Below are positions 13,898 to 27,194 of a DNA stretch of 64,000 bases, one piece after another. Where the stretch lies: assembly GCA_964016885.1 (NCBI GenBank), contig OZ024743.1, forward strand, positions 276,272,001-276,336,000. The letters run 5' to 3'. The notes beneath the pieces are model-generated. The model saw only the letters and a program-made list of their open reading frames with translations. It had not been told where the DNA came from and did not search any database. A program made the translations under genes and the position numbers. Source of the DNA: Eledone cirrhosa (taxonomy: Eukaryota). Position 1 is the stretch's first letter. Every line of letters begins with the position of its first letter.

Positions 13898-15349
13898 ACG
13901 CATATATATATGTGTGTGTGTGTATGTATGTTTGATGACGATAATGATGATGGACTCTCCTGTCGAGAACAACATGAGCGCTTATATATACATATATGAG
14001 TGTGTATGTATCTATTTCCTTATATGACTGAAAATCAATCATACATATTAATATAAAATATATATTAGATATATAATATATTTCTCTGGACATAATTATG
14101 GTTTGTATGTAAATATGTGTGTATGTGTTCTTCCCTCTTTCATTCACACTCTCTCTTTCTCTTTTTCTCTGTAGTTTTTATTCGCTCAGCCTTGTTCTTC
14201 TACTTCTGTTCTCCCTCATTCCTCATCATCCCTTCAAACATACACTTACATACACTCTCACCCTGTCAGGTTGAGGGAATTTGGTCTGGTAGCAGGTGAC
14301 GCTTCAGAACAAAAGAAGTTAAAAGAAATCAGTAGTGACGCCTTGGACATTTGTGTTACGCGTCTGAATTAAATGTTTTAGCGCCCAGGCTTTGATGTTT
14401 GCCCAAGACTATCTTCAATCTCAGCACTCTTTCTTTTTATCTATCTCACTCTTTTTCTCCCTCTTTCCTGTTTCTCAATTCCTCTCGTTCTCCTTGCATC
14501 TCTCTCTCTCTCTCTCTATTGTTTATAGTTACTTCCTCTCTTAATCTTCATTTTTACCCAATCTACTCTTTCCTTTTCTCTCTTTTTATAATTTAGTTAC
14601 TTTCTCTGTCTCTCTTTTATTTTTCTCTCTTTCTATTGCTGTCTCTCTTTCTCACTCTCACTTTTATTTACTTCTTTTACCCAATCTATTTTTTCTCATT
14701 CTCCTTGTATCTCACTTTCTTTTCTTTTTCTCTTTCTATTTCTTTTTTCATGCCTACACCACCTTCACATTTTTCTCTCACTCTCTTACTCTTTCTCCTC
14801 TCTCTCTTACTTTTGTCCCTTTTCTATAATCTCCTTTTCGTCTACCTTCTCTTAAATTCCTATCGCCCACTCTGTCTCTTCTATTTACTCTCGTTTTCTC
14901 CTACACCAATTCCCCCTCTCTCTCAAACACACACTCTCTCTAACTCTCTCTCTCTCTCTTTAATTTTCTATTTGTCTTTCTCTATTTACACATGAATACT
15001 TATATTTACTTTCAGTTCGATCCCTCCCTCTCTCGTCTCTACTTACACCTGGAATCTTCTATTTACTTATGTTTTTCATTTCTTTTTTATTTTCAATCTT
15101 TCAAATCCTTTAGCATGTACACACCTCTCTCTATATTTCCCTCTGTCTCTCTCTGCTGCTCCTTCTCTTGTCATCCGCCTCTCCCCAGTTCCATCGGCCA
15201 GTAAACCACCCCAGTGACAGAGGTCAAAGAGCGGGTGTCGACTGTTCTATTACATATAGAGAGATAAGGAGACCGTGTGTTTGTATGCGTGTGTGTATAT
15301 CTAACAATAATAATGAAATTATTGTGTACAGTGCTCAAGTGCACTACGG

Positions 15350-15358
15350 AAAAAAAAA
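15350..15358 (-). terminator. RNA Pol III terminator (T9) of tRNA-Arg
   Basis: Run of 9 T on the minus strand starting 4 nt after the discriminator base. Confidence 0.75.
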
Positions 15359-15361
15359 CTG

Positions 15362-15434
15362 CGACCACAACGAGACTCGAACTCGCAATCTTCTGATTCG
15401 AAGTCAGACGCCTTATCCATTAGGCCACGCGGCC
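15362..15434 (-). tRNA. tRNA-Arg (anticodon TCG)
   Basis: 73 nt GGCCGCGTGGCCTAATGGATAAGGCGTCTGACTTCGAATCAGAAGATTGCGAGTTCGAGTCTCGTTGTGGTCG folds as a cloverleaf with intact A and B boxes and closely resembles metazoan tRNA-Arg-TCG. Four G-U pairs in the acceptor/T stems leave pseudogene status open. Confidence 0.85.
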
Positions 15435-15464
15435 ATCATGTATCCGTGCGTGTGTATATATATA

Positions 15465-15636
15465 CAGATAAAATTCCGTTATAAAGAATACCATTAGAAC
15501 GAATTTTTCAGTATAACGAAATTTTTTTCAATCCCCGGCCACACGATCGTTGTGTTTCGGTCGATCCCATTATAAAGACATTTTCGTTACAACGAATTTT
15601 TTTATACCCCGTGAATTTTGTTATGACGGAATTTCA

Positions 15637-15639
<3 letters not shown>
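15465..15639. mobile_element. Tigger/pogo-like MITE
   Basis: Imperfect TIR CAGATAAAATTCCGTTATAA / TTATGACGGAATTTCACTG with internal TAACGAA subrepeats, in a TA context. Confidence 0.65.
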
Positions 15640-15673
<34 letters not shown>

Positions 15674-15674
15674 C

Positions 15675-15865
15675 AAGTGGTTCGGCAGAAAAGGTCATAG
15701 ACAGACTATGTACAGTTCATGCTAGAGCTGTGAAATTTTGCATGCATTAATTTCAACCCTTCTTATTAATAACAGCATTCTTGTCTTTCAAGGGACTGTA
15801 TAGAAAAATAAACCCCATTTGGTCATTCCATGAGAGTCAGCATATGAACCTTTCAGTCGACCCTC
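15675..15865. mobile_element. Mariner-like MITE (second copy ~41320-41517)
   Basis: TIR like TCGGCTGAAAAGTTCATAG / CTATGAACTTTTCAGCCGA; internal sequence shared with 41320-41517. Confidence 0.7.
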
Positions 15866-15887
15866 AGATATACATACATACATACAC

Positions 15888-16207
15888 GGTGGCTGCCAAC
15901 TCGTTTTCGAGTACGGCCACTACTTTATATCCATGTAGGAGAACCCCTACTGATGCGCTGAACGAGTGTGACTTTTTAGTCCAGCCAGCGACTTGAAAAC
16001 TCTGGTACAAACACTACACCTGTGACAATTATTGACACATAGTGCTGGGCCCATGGTACCATGTGATGACAAGTGCAGTGCGATCTCCAGATATAAAGCA
16101 ATGCCTGTGCCGTGAAGCTTTTATAGTGATGGTATCCAATGATGTTGACTTGTTCTTCTTTTTGGTAAATATCATCTTGGTTAAGAGAGTGGGACTGACT
16201 TTGTACA
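15888..16207 (-). mobile_element. 5'-truncated LINE 3' end encoding a terminal C2H2 zinc finger (RTE-like), copy 1
   Basis: 16018-15947 translates as CSVCTRVFKSLAGLKSHTRSAHQ*, followed by a short 3'UTR stem-loop (GTGGC...CTCGAAAACGAG...GCCAC) and a microsatellite tail; near-identical copy at 32266. Confidence 0.7.
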
Positions 16208-16289
16208 TACATACATACATACATATATAAAGCAATGCAAATATCGGATAAGTAGCACTCAACAGTTTATAGGACTGGAGTATAAATAA

Positions 16290-16638
16290 TATAAAATCAA
16301 AAGATGGTTAAAAGAGTTCCATGTATTTTATTATGCGCATTTCAAAAACAAATATCATCATGGGATGATATTTACGTTCCCATCAGATAAAATAGGGAGA
16401 CATGATATGAAGCTGAAAAAACACTTGCGAGCAGTGAAGTTGATTTGACACTTCACTGTATGTTGATTTGATTGTATGTTGATTTGACACTTCACTGCTT
16501 GCAAGTGTTTTTAAGCTTCATATCATGTCTCACTATTTTATCTGATGAGAACGCAAATATCATACAATGATGATATTTGTTTTTTAAATGCGCATAATAA
16601 AATACATGGAACTCTTTTAACCATCTTTTGATTTTATA
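16290..16638. repeat. ~350-bp fold-back element, each arm carrying a singly mutated hammerhead
   Basis: Arms ~16290-16440 and ~16488-16638 are reverse complements; hammerheads at 16324-16394(-) and 16534-16604(+). Confidence 0.8.
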
Positions 16639-16943
16639 ATACATATATATATATTATTTATAGTTATGTATACAGTATATATATTATTTATAGTTATGCA
16701 TACACTATATAGAACTATAAACAGGAAAGGTCAGTAATTCATTACTACCTTATTACCAGTAAGAAAAATAGCTCAATGTAATTACATCAGATGTTTTACA
16801 GAGCAGGAATATAAATTACACAATAATCAAAGCTATGTTCAAATCATTTTATTGCTGACAATCGTTTCTTCTAAACTTTCGTTTGAAATCATCGGAGCAC
16901 TAGCAATGTTTGTACATATAATTAATCTCCTATTGAACTGAAC

Positions 16944-16947
<4 letters not shown>

Positions 16948-17006
<59 letters not shown>

Positions 17007-17227
17007 ATATATATTATATATATATATATTATATATAATATATATATATTATATATATATATATTATATATAATATATATATATTATATATATATATATT
17101 ATATATAATATATATATATTATATATATATATATTATATATAATATATATATATTATATATAATATATATATATTATATATATATATATTATATATATAT
17201 ATATATATTATATATATATATATATAT

Positions 17228-17320
<93 letters not shown>
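16948..17320. repeat. Long interrupted (TA)n microsatellite, representative of dozens of (TA)n/(CA)n/(GA)n/(TATG)n tracts
   Basis: Seen directly; other long tracts at 18190-19210, 23030-23340, 35470-35765, 43920-45530, 50320-50680, 52555-52960 and 58070-58300. Confidence 0.95.
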
Positions 17321-17321
<1 letters not shown>

Positions 17322-17322
17322 C

Positions 17323-17575
17323 AGGCGCATGGCTTAGTGGTTAAAGCATTGCGCTTGCAGTCGAAAGGTTGTGAGTTCAATTCTCGGACTGATAATGTGT
17401 TATTTCCTTGAGCAAGACACTTTATTTCACGTTGCTCCAGTTTACTCAGCTGTAGAAATGAGTCCCTGCCTGCCCAGCCGGTTGGATGCCGTTATCTTAT
17501 GGCTAAACAGCACGACTTGCTGTGACCAGCGGCGCCGATTGGCGCCCGACAGACTGGTCGGTCAAGGTGATATAA
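17323..17575 (+). mobile_element. Second tRNA-derived SINE family (copies 19415-19497(-), 21285-21437(-), 26824-26957, 59340-59580(-))
   Basis: Head GGCGCATGGCTTAGTGGTTA...GTGAGTTCAATTC; core TTGAGCAAGACACTTTATTTCACGTTGCTCCAG...CTCAGCTGTAGAAATG. Confidence 0.8.
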
Positions 17576-18063
17576 ACACAGACATCTATTATATATATGT
17601 GTATGTGTGTGTATATATGTATTTACACGTATATATATATATATATGTATTTATACATATATGTATATGTATGTATTTATAGATATATGTATATGTATTT
17701 ATATATGTGTATGTAAATAGAAAAAAATGAAATTTCATTTCTCACTCATGGTACGGCTGATACTTAAATATAAGTATGTATACGTACATATATATATGTG
17801 TGCATGTATGTATGTATATACATACTTAAATATAAGTATGTATACGTACATATATATATGTGTGCATGTATGTATGTACGTACATACATATATGTATACT
17901 AGTATGTATATACATACATACATGCACACATATATATATGTACGTATGGGTTTACCGAACATTTATTATAATGCTCGGTTTGTTTGTAAACAAACAGCCC
18001 GAATCAGTAGCCGTACAGTGTTCGGCAACCATCGTTGCCCTTTTGTTCCACACTGACAAAGGA

Positions 18064-18106
18064 ACGATGAACTAGTTTCTAGCTTATTAGCTGTCATCAG
18101 CACCGT
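18064..18106 (-). ncRNA. Minimal type I hammerhead ribozyme motif
   Basis: ACGGTG-CTGATGA-cAGCT(aata)AGCTa-GAAA-CTAG-TT^CATCGT. Confidence 0.75.
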
Positions 18107-18818
18107 ATAGCTTCCTGTCAGTCGATTGAACGTTTGAAAGTATATACTTTCCTTATGCATATTAACGGCTGCGCAGCCTAATTTGCATGTATGTATTTAT
18201 ACATATATGTATATTTATATCTATATGTATATCTATTTATATAAATTTGTTTATATGACGTTAAACGATGATGATGATATTTATATATATATATATGTGT
18301 GTGTGTGTTTTTATACATATATGTATATATATTTATATATATATATGTACATGTATTTATGTATATATAGATACGTGTGTGTGTGTATGTATATATGTGT
18401 GTGTGTATATGTATGTATATCTATATATATGTATATATCTTTATCTATATGTATATATATATATGCATATGTTTCTATATATATTTATGTATATGTATTT
18501 ATATATATGTATATGTATTTATATATATGTATATGTATTTATATATATATATATGTATATGTATTTATATACATATATATGTATTTATATATATGTATAT
18601 GTATTCATATATATGTATATGTATTTATATACATGTATATGTATTTATATATTCATATATATGTATATGTATTTATATACATGTATATGTATTTATATAT
18701 TTGTATAGTTATTTATATATATGTATATGTATTTATATATATATGTGTGTGTGTGTGTGTATGTATTTATATATATGCATATGTATATATAAATATATGT
18801 ATGTATTTATATATATGC

Positions 18819-18872
<54 letters not shown>

Positions 18873-19001
18873 ATATATATATGTATTTATATATATGCAT
18901 ATGTATATATATATATATATATATATATGAATATGTATTCATATATATGTATTTATGTATATGTAATTCATATATATATATATATATATATATGTATATG
19001 C

Positions 19002-19122
<121 letters not shown>

Positions 19123-19592
19123 CGTGTTTATAAATATATATATATGTATATAAATTTACAAATATATACATGTATGTATATTTATACATACATATGTATA
19201 TATGTATGTATAAGTACCCCCCACACCCACCCCCAATTGGTCACTAATGACCATGGTTTTGCACCTAGAAAGTTTCGCTCCGAGGCACAATCTTGGGTAA
19301 GATTTGTTTGTGGAAGACCAGCAGTTCGCCATGCATACCAGTGTCCATTCTCCAAGTCATCGATGTTGTACAAGGGAAGGAGATATGCAATGGACGATAC
19401 AGCTAGCAACCAGTGACGTCGCAATTCATTTCTATAGCTGAGTGAACTGGAGCAAGGTGAAATAAAGTCTTGCTCAAGGGCACAACGCATCACCTGGTAT
19501 GTATGTATAAATGTATGTGTATATATATGTATATATGTATATGTGTATCTATGTATGTGCGTGTGTGTATGTATATGTATATATATGTGTGT

Positions 19593-19678
<86 letters not shown>

Positions 19679-19758
19679 ATATAAGTATATGTATGAATAT
19701 GTATAAATATATATATATATATATGTATATACATGTTTGTATATGTATATATATATGT

Positions 19759-19812
<54 letters not shown>

Positions 19813-19902
19813 CGAAGGAAATGTGGTAAGGAACCAGGTGGACCATAACGCAGAATTAGCCGTCGAAACGGCTTGAGCTCAGCCGTCGGGGTCCTACTCG
19901 TT

Positions 19903-19968
<66 letters not shown>

Positions 19969-20222
19969 CACATATATACATAAATATATATATACATATG
20001 CACATATACACATATATATATATACATACATATATATATATACACACACATATACATATATATATATACACACATGCACATACATATACACACACACACA
20101 CATATATATATATATACATATACACATATATATACATATATATATATACATATACACATATATATACATATATATATATAATGATATTAAATAAATGGAA
20201 ACTATATTTATAAAACCATATG

Positions 20223-20283
20223 TATTCTATTATATATATTTCAAGGGTACCAAAATTTTGGTACGCTATCATCAGATAAAATA
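20223..20283 (-). ncRNA. Type I hammerhead ribozyme motif
   Basis: TATTTTAT-CTGATGA-TAGCGTACCAAAATTTTGGTACCCTT-GAAA-TATATA-TA^ATAGAATA. Confidence 0.75.
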
Positions 20284-20493
20284 CGAAGTGTGTTTTATAA
20301 ATGTTGACATAACCAAGGTTCAAGTTTGGTACCCTTGAAATATACATAATAGAATAAATATGGTTTAAATATATAGTTTCCATTTATTTAATATCATTGT
20401 ATATTATACTCCAGAAAACTTGTCGAGTGCTCTGAATCTGTTATAAACATTTATATTTGTTGAATTACCAACAAATTGAATATCCCTTCTGCT

Positions 20494-20540
<47 letters not shown>

Positions 20541-20814
20541 TTGCGAGTTTTTTTATATGAAATCGTGTGTCGAAACAAATATTGTTATACTTGGGGAGGG
20601 TCATATTTGTGTAATATTGTTTCTACTTTAGGCACAAGGCCAGCAAATTACCCAGTGCATTACTGGTACTTTATTTTATCGACCCCGTAAGGATGAAAGG
20701 CAAAGTCAACCTCGGTGGGAAATATTGCCAGAATTAATAACAGAACACACTCACTGCGAAAACCAACCAAACAGTGAGTGTGTTCTGTATAACAATATAT
20801 ATACAAGTATAACA

Positions 20815-20865
<51 letters not shown>

Positions 20866-21159
20866 CATGTATAATATATATATATATAGATATATATATA
20901 ATTAATAATATGTAGGAACGAGGTGTCAGAGTATCATCAATATCTTTATACAGGTGTGACGCGCGTTTCGCGATTGTTCACCCCAAGATTCGATTTGTAT
21001 CGATCAGACCCGTGTCTGGAATAAACAGCTCATCAAACTCTTGGATTCGTTAATGATGGTAGATATCCGTGTGCTCATATATATATGTGTATACATACAT
21101 ACATACATACATACATACATACATACATACATACATACATACACATATATATGTAGGTG

Positions 21160-21207
<48 letters not shown>

Positions 21208-21583
21208 AATATGTGTGTATGTAGTGGACAGCTTATACTCTGATGAATCGGCCAGTTGAATGTAACTATGTGTATTAACATCACTGAGTCGCAACTCATT
21301 TCTACAGCTGAGTACACTGGAACAACACGAAATAAAGTATCTTGTTCAAGGACACAACGTATCACCTGGCTTGAGAAATGAACTCACAACTTCTCGATTG
21401 CAAGCCGAATGCTCTAACCACTAAGCCATGCGCCTGTAGTTATTTCTGCAGTTGTCCGGTATACGACAGACACGCGGTTCGATTCCAGTATTAGGTTTTG
21501 TCACATTTTTCCCCTCATATTTCGCGTGCGTAAACGAATTGTTGAAGTTAAAGTTTATCATAAATGTACAAACACACACACAA

Positions 21584-21589
<6 letters not shown>

Positions 21590-21638
<49 letters not shown>

Positions 21639-21651
21639 AGCAAATGTAATA

Positions 21652-21696
<45 letters not shown>

Positions 21697-21895
21697 AGCA
21701 AATGTAATAGTGTATGAGTGTGTGTGTGTGTGTGTGTATAAGCAAATGTAATAGTGTATGAGTGTGTGTGTGTGTGTGTGTGTGTAAGCAAATGTAATAG
21801 TGTATGTGTGTGTGTGTGTGTGTGTATAAGCAAATGTAATAGTGTATGAGTGTGTGTGTGTGTGTGTGTGTAAGCAAATGTAATAGTGTATGAGT
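21590..21895. repeat. Compound minisatellite: 6 x [(GT)n + TAAGCAAATGTAATAGTGTAT]
   Basis: Constant ~21-nt unit at ~21636, 21694, 21738, 21785, 21826 and 21871, separated by variable (GT)n. Confidence 0.9.
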
Positions 21896-22632
21896 ATGTA
21901 CAAAAACATAAAAAGTGTTAAATGCGTGTGTATAAAATTTAGAGACTCGTCGTCAGTGTGTGTGAGTGTGTATGAAGCGAGAGAAGCATCAGTATATGTT
22001 TGTGTGTATGAAGCGAGAGAAGCATGTGTAAGAATAGTATTTAGTGCGAGTGTAAACGAGAGAGGAGAGGCTGTTTATTTGTATGCGTGTGATGTGTGAA
22101 TAAGAGAGAAAGATAGTGTAAGAAATTGTGTGTGCGTGTGTGCTTGCGTGTAGAAAGAGTGAGACCGAGGGAACCTTTTTTTTTTAAAGTAAGATCTCAT
22201 TATTTTCATCTTTTTTCATCTTTTCCCGTTTCCGCTGTGTAGCGCATGTATGTGTGTGCGCGCACCGATATCATTGTATGTTGACTGTGTGTGTGTGCGT
22301 TACTGTGTGAGTTAGGTTTTTATTGATATATCCGATTATTAGTGTTTATTTCGTTGTATATTTTCACTTTATACCGGAGAAACTGTTTGTTGTTATTAGC
22401 AGTTATTACTGGCCTTGTGCCAATAGTAGAAACAATTATTTATACGTCCCTTTACGGTCTGAGTTCAAATCCCGTCGAGGTTAACTTTACCTTTCATCCT
22501 TACCGGGTCGATAAAATAAAGTACCAGTAATGAACTGCTGAATTGCTGGCCTTGTGCCAAAAGTAGAAACAATTATTTATTTTAAAGAGCTAGCTGAATC
22601 TATATCACCCACGCTATCTGTCTGTCTGTCTA

Positions 22633-22739
<107 letters not shown>

Positions 22740-23046
22740 GAAAAGTATAGAAATTATTGTAAGCCAACGTATATATTTCATAATGTATATATATATATAT
22801 ATCTTCATATATATATATATATATATCTGAAGACGGCGTATATATGTGTTGGTATGTATATTTAATCTTGATAGTTTGTATAATTTTGTATAATTTTGTA
22901 CATAGATCTGTTGAATATGCATGCCAATTCTAACACATATATATCCTAGAAACGATCGTTAAATAATGAACTTTTTTTGTTTAATATAAGGAACTGTTTC
23001 ATTGTTTATTCATTATTTGTTTAATATTTTATATATATATATCTTC

Positions 23047-23196
<150 letters not shown>

Positions 23197-23198
23197 TC

Positions 23199-23239
<41 letters not shown>

Positions 23240-23293
23240 ATGTATATATATATATATATATATATATCTTCATATATATATATATATATCTTC

Positions 23294-23341
<48 letters not shown>

Positions 23342-23517
23342 TAGCGAGAATCGTATTTCGGCTTTGGAATTACCGAAAAACAACTTCCGAGATGTGTGGC
23401 AAGCGCTTAATAATTCTGACGAACCAGAGCTACAACATACGTTAAAGGCCAAACACACTTAGACGATGGTTAAACCGTCATCCGCACAACCATAGAAACG
23501 ACCAAGTAATTCGGGTA

Positions 23518-23555
<38 letters not shown>

Positions 23556-23593
23556 GAAGTATTTCTGTAGGCTACAGAGCTTTTTAGTTAGAT

Positions 23594-23663
23594 ATTATTT
23601 TTCTGATGAATGAAGACAGACATAAATATCTGTCTTCAAGAAACCACTGGTAAATGAAATAAT
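23594..23663 (+). ncRNA. Type I hammerhead ribozyme motif
   Basis: CTGATGA-aTGAAGACAGA(cataaata)TCTGTCTTCAa-GAAA-CCACTGG-TA^: 10-bp stem II, imperfect AT-rich stem I. Confidence 0.7.
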
Positions 23664-23688
23664 TATCTTATGTTGTTTATTACATAAC

Positions 23689-23725
<37 letters not shown>

Positions 23726-23750
23726 TTATCTGTCTGTTTGCCTATCTACC

Positions 23751-23849
<99 letters not shown>

Positions 23850-24281
23850 TTCTTATCTCTTATAGGTGAAGACATGGCTGTGTGGTTAAGAGGTTCGCTC
23901 TGCAGCTTCTTGGCTTCAGATTCGATCCAACTACACAATATCTTGGGCAAGGGTCGTCAATCTTGTAGGTGAAATTAGGTTCACGTAAACTATGGAAGCC
24001 CGTCAGTGGGACCGTTCCTATATTTGAGTTGTAGACTTAAATTAATCTCCCTGCGTAACACCACAACATGGCAATTGGGTGATATATAGAGGTCTACTCT
24101 GCTACAAGTATTGGGATCAGAGCGGGATTAAATTCTTTTGAAACCTTGAAATTATGGTGACAACCCCCTCCGCCCCCTACAAAGTCTGCACTTTCTTCTT
24201 TTTTCTGTTTCTTTATTTTTGAATGACAAATACATTTAATTTGAATAATTCGGTACTTCTCTTCCCTTGATACCCTAAGCA

Positions 24282-24435
24282 CAGTGCCGGATTTACCATT
24301 GAGCTTTACCTGATGGCCGGGGGGGGGGGGGGGGCATCTTCCTGTCCAAAACATTTTTTACGATGAATTTTTCAAATGTTTGGGGCCTCATTACTTAACT
24401 AACACAGGGCCTCATGTGTCCTAAATCCGGCACTG
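24282..24435. mobile_element. hAT-type MITE
   Basis: 14-bp TIR CAGTGCCGGATTTA/TAAATCCGGCACTG with perfect 8-bp TSD CCTAAGCA (24274-24281 and 24436-24443). Confidence 0.9.
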
Positions 24436-25399
24436 CCTAAGCATGTACTTATTTTGCTTCATGATTAATCCATCTCTGATTCGTACCAGGCATCTCATCA
24501 AAGGATAATTTTCTTCTCTGCTCCCACATATGTTTAGGCGGTGGATTGGCAGAGGCGTTAGGGCGTCAGATTAAATGATATTTATTCCGAAAGTACCAGT
24601 CTTGTACTGTGGGCAATTCTTCTATCACTTTCTCTTGCTTCCTCTCTCTCCTTCTCTGGAAGAAATCGGCCGTGTTCTGACCTGGAGTGGGATAGACTCC
24701 GCCAGGTTTAAAATGCCCAAGACGCGTCACATGTAACGACGGAGCTTCTACGACTTCATCAGAGTTTAAGGGACCTTTACTTTCTACCCCGCACCAGTCT
24801 CGCTGCCCTTCCTTCGAAATATATCTCTATTTATCTAACTGCTGATGTTTTAAGTAATATATTCTTTTAGTAGTTTTGTTTATCAAACTGTGGCCATACT
24901 AAGGTATTGCTTTAAAATCAAACATATCAACCCTTCTACTTATTGATTTCAAGTCTGCTACTCATCTTATAGATCTCTTTTTATAGAACCGCTAGTTACA
25001 GGTATAAACATAAACGATAAGAAACAGCCTACTCATGAAATCTTACAAAAGCACACACCCCCCTCAATCTTTCTAGGACCCAGATCATTATTCTAAGGGA
25101 AATACGTTTAAAAAATTAATATGCCTCTCATAAGACAAAGGAAGAGAATTCTGCGTCATTGAGCAGAACACTTACACACAACTAGCATTAGAACACTTCA
25201 ACAATACCACTCTATATAGTAAGGTTAACAACAACATCACACCTAGCCAGCTAGAAGTCACCATGAACACCAGCTGGACTATACAAAATTTCCTGGCTCC
25301 TCTCTCGACTTCTCAAACCTCTCCTTCACACTTTCCCCGGACACATAGACAGCTCACACGAAGTAATCAGCAGACTAAAAGAACTTAACCCACCACACT

Positions 25400-26600
25400 T
25401 AAGCAGAATAGATATCCATTTAGTTTAGATCAAGTGTCCCCTTACACCTCATACGCCGGCCATCGACATAATTACGGACATCATCGCCTCTACCGACTTC
25501 TGTTACTTCGGAATCACTGCTGCGAACATCCACAGTTGCTCTCTGTTGTCATGTGCAACACGTTTTTCCAGTTTGAAGGCTCCGTCTACAAACAAATTTT
25601 GGGTCTTCCGATGGGGTAAAATCTCCCAGGACTGCTGGCCACAATGTACATGAACCAGTTGGAGCGCACGGAACTCACCACCTGACGCTCTTGCTCCTTC
25701 TTCTCCAGGTACGTGGATGATATCCTTATGTTTACTTCAGCACTTGAAGAAGCCGTCAAGATTTGCAATGTCTTCGAAAACGTAGACGCACACGTGAAAT
25801 TTGAGGTTGGGCACCCAGACAACTAGATTCCTCTCTCTACTCGACTTTACACTAAGAGTCACCGAGAAGAGATCCATATATACACACACAATTTTACAAG
25901 AAAGATGCCTGCAGAGACATTTTTGTGTACCACGAATCCGCCCTTCTCTACAGAGCCAAAATGGCCTATATAACGAATGATATATCCCGGATGCACAACA
26001 AATTCAGCGAGGATAGCGACAAACATATCAGCATGGTGAAATTCCAGAGAGTTCTCACCGAGAACGGCTACCCTACTTCTCTCATCAAACACTGAAATGC
26101 CAAGGCAGCAACACTTAAGAGAACAAGAACACGCGCCCTTAGAGCTAAGATATACTACCTAAAGCATTTCAATGAGAAGACGACCGCTGCCATCAGACAA
26201 GCCATTAGTAAGGAGGTCTTGAATATACAACTAGCACACTCGGGACCTTCATTGAGGAGACTACTCTACAGACACTGACCTACATATGTTCATACTTCCT
26301 AATTGACCCATCAACAACGCAGAAGTGTGCATGAGAGTGTATGTGGTCTAGAAGGTCACATGTAAAAAATGTAACTTTTCGTACATAGGAAGTACCATCC
26401 GGATGTTGCACATACGGATTAAGGAACACGTGATGACGAGAACCTCTTCTGTCAAAAAAATCTTGACATGCCACAGCCAAAATATTGATGTCACCATAGG
26501 GCGACGGAAAGCAAAAGAAGCACTTTAAAAATCAAAGAAGCCATGAACATCAACAAGAAAAAAACAACAGATAAATAATAGATTGGAAATGCATGAAGCA
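25400..26600 (+). mobile_element. Decayed Penelope-like retroelement (RT plus GIY-YIG endonuclease)
   Basis: Interrupted frames give NTFFQFEGSVYKQILGLPMG*NLPGLLATMYM, FFSRYVDDILMF (RT catalytic motif, ~25710) and VV*KVTCKKCNFSYIGSTIRMLHIRIKEH (GIY-YIG, ~26345-26430). Multiple stops and frameshifts. Boundaries approximate. Confidence 0.9.
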
Positions 26601-26764
26601 GATTGGCTACTATGACTACTCCACGCATATTTCAGACACGTACACCAATTAAAGAAGAATACATCGATAGTTTTTGTTTCTTACGTTACATTCACATGGT
26701 GGTGGTGGCGTCGGCAGTGGTTGTGGTGGCGTCGGCAGTGGTTGTGGTGGTGGTGCTGGTGGCG

Positions 26765-26822
<58 letters not shown>

Positions 26823-26977
26823 AAGGCGTGTGGTATAGTGGTTAGAGCGTCGGATTCACAATCGTGAGGTTGTGAGTTCGATTCCCGAACCGGCCAGTGC
26901 ACTGTGTTCTTGAATAAGACACTTTATTTCATGTTGCTTCAGTTCATTCAGCTGCAGTAGTGCTGTTGGTGGTGATG

Positions 26978-27026
<49 letters not shown>

Positions 27027-27194
27027 CAGTAGTAGTAGTTTGGCACAGGACAGCAAGGGGGAATATTAGGGTATTTTTAACCTAAACGAGAAAAGAAGAT
27101 GAGACGAAGAAACGGCACAGGTACCAAAAATATTTGTGTCGTTTGACTTGAACGTTTTAAGTGCCAACATAAGACAACACAACCCCGAGATGCT

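Noticed and set aside
21235-21280. Further CTGATGA-containing candidates (also ~1189, 52125, 58340)
   Set aside because: No intact GAAA or no consistent stems; not counted as hammerheads
21590-21895. CRISPR-like repeat/spacer periodicity
   Set aside because: The spacers are just (GT)n, the context is eukaryotic and there are no cas genes
26824-26897. tRNA-like sequence (also 17323, 21365-21437, 59515-59580, 60405-60470)
   Set aside because: Imperfect cloverleaf; most run directly into a SINE core, so these are SINE heads or relics, not tRNA genes
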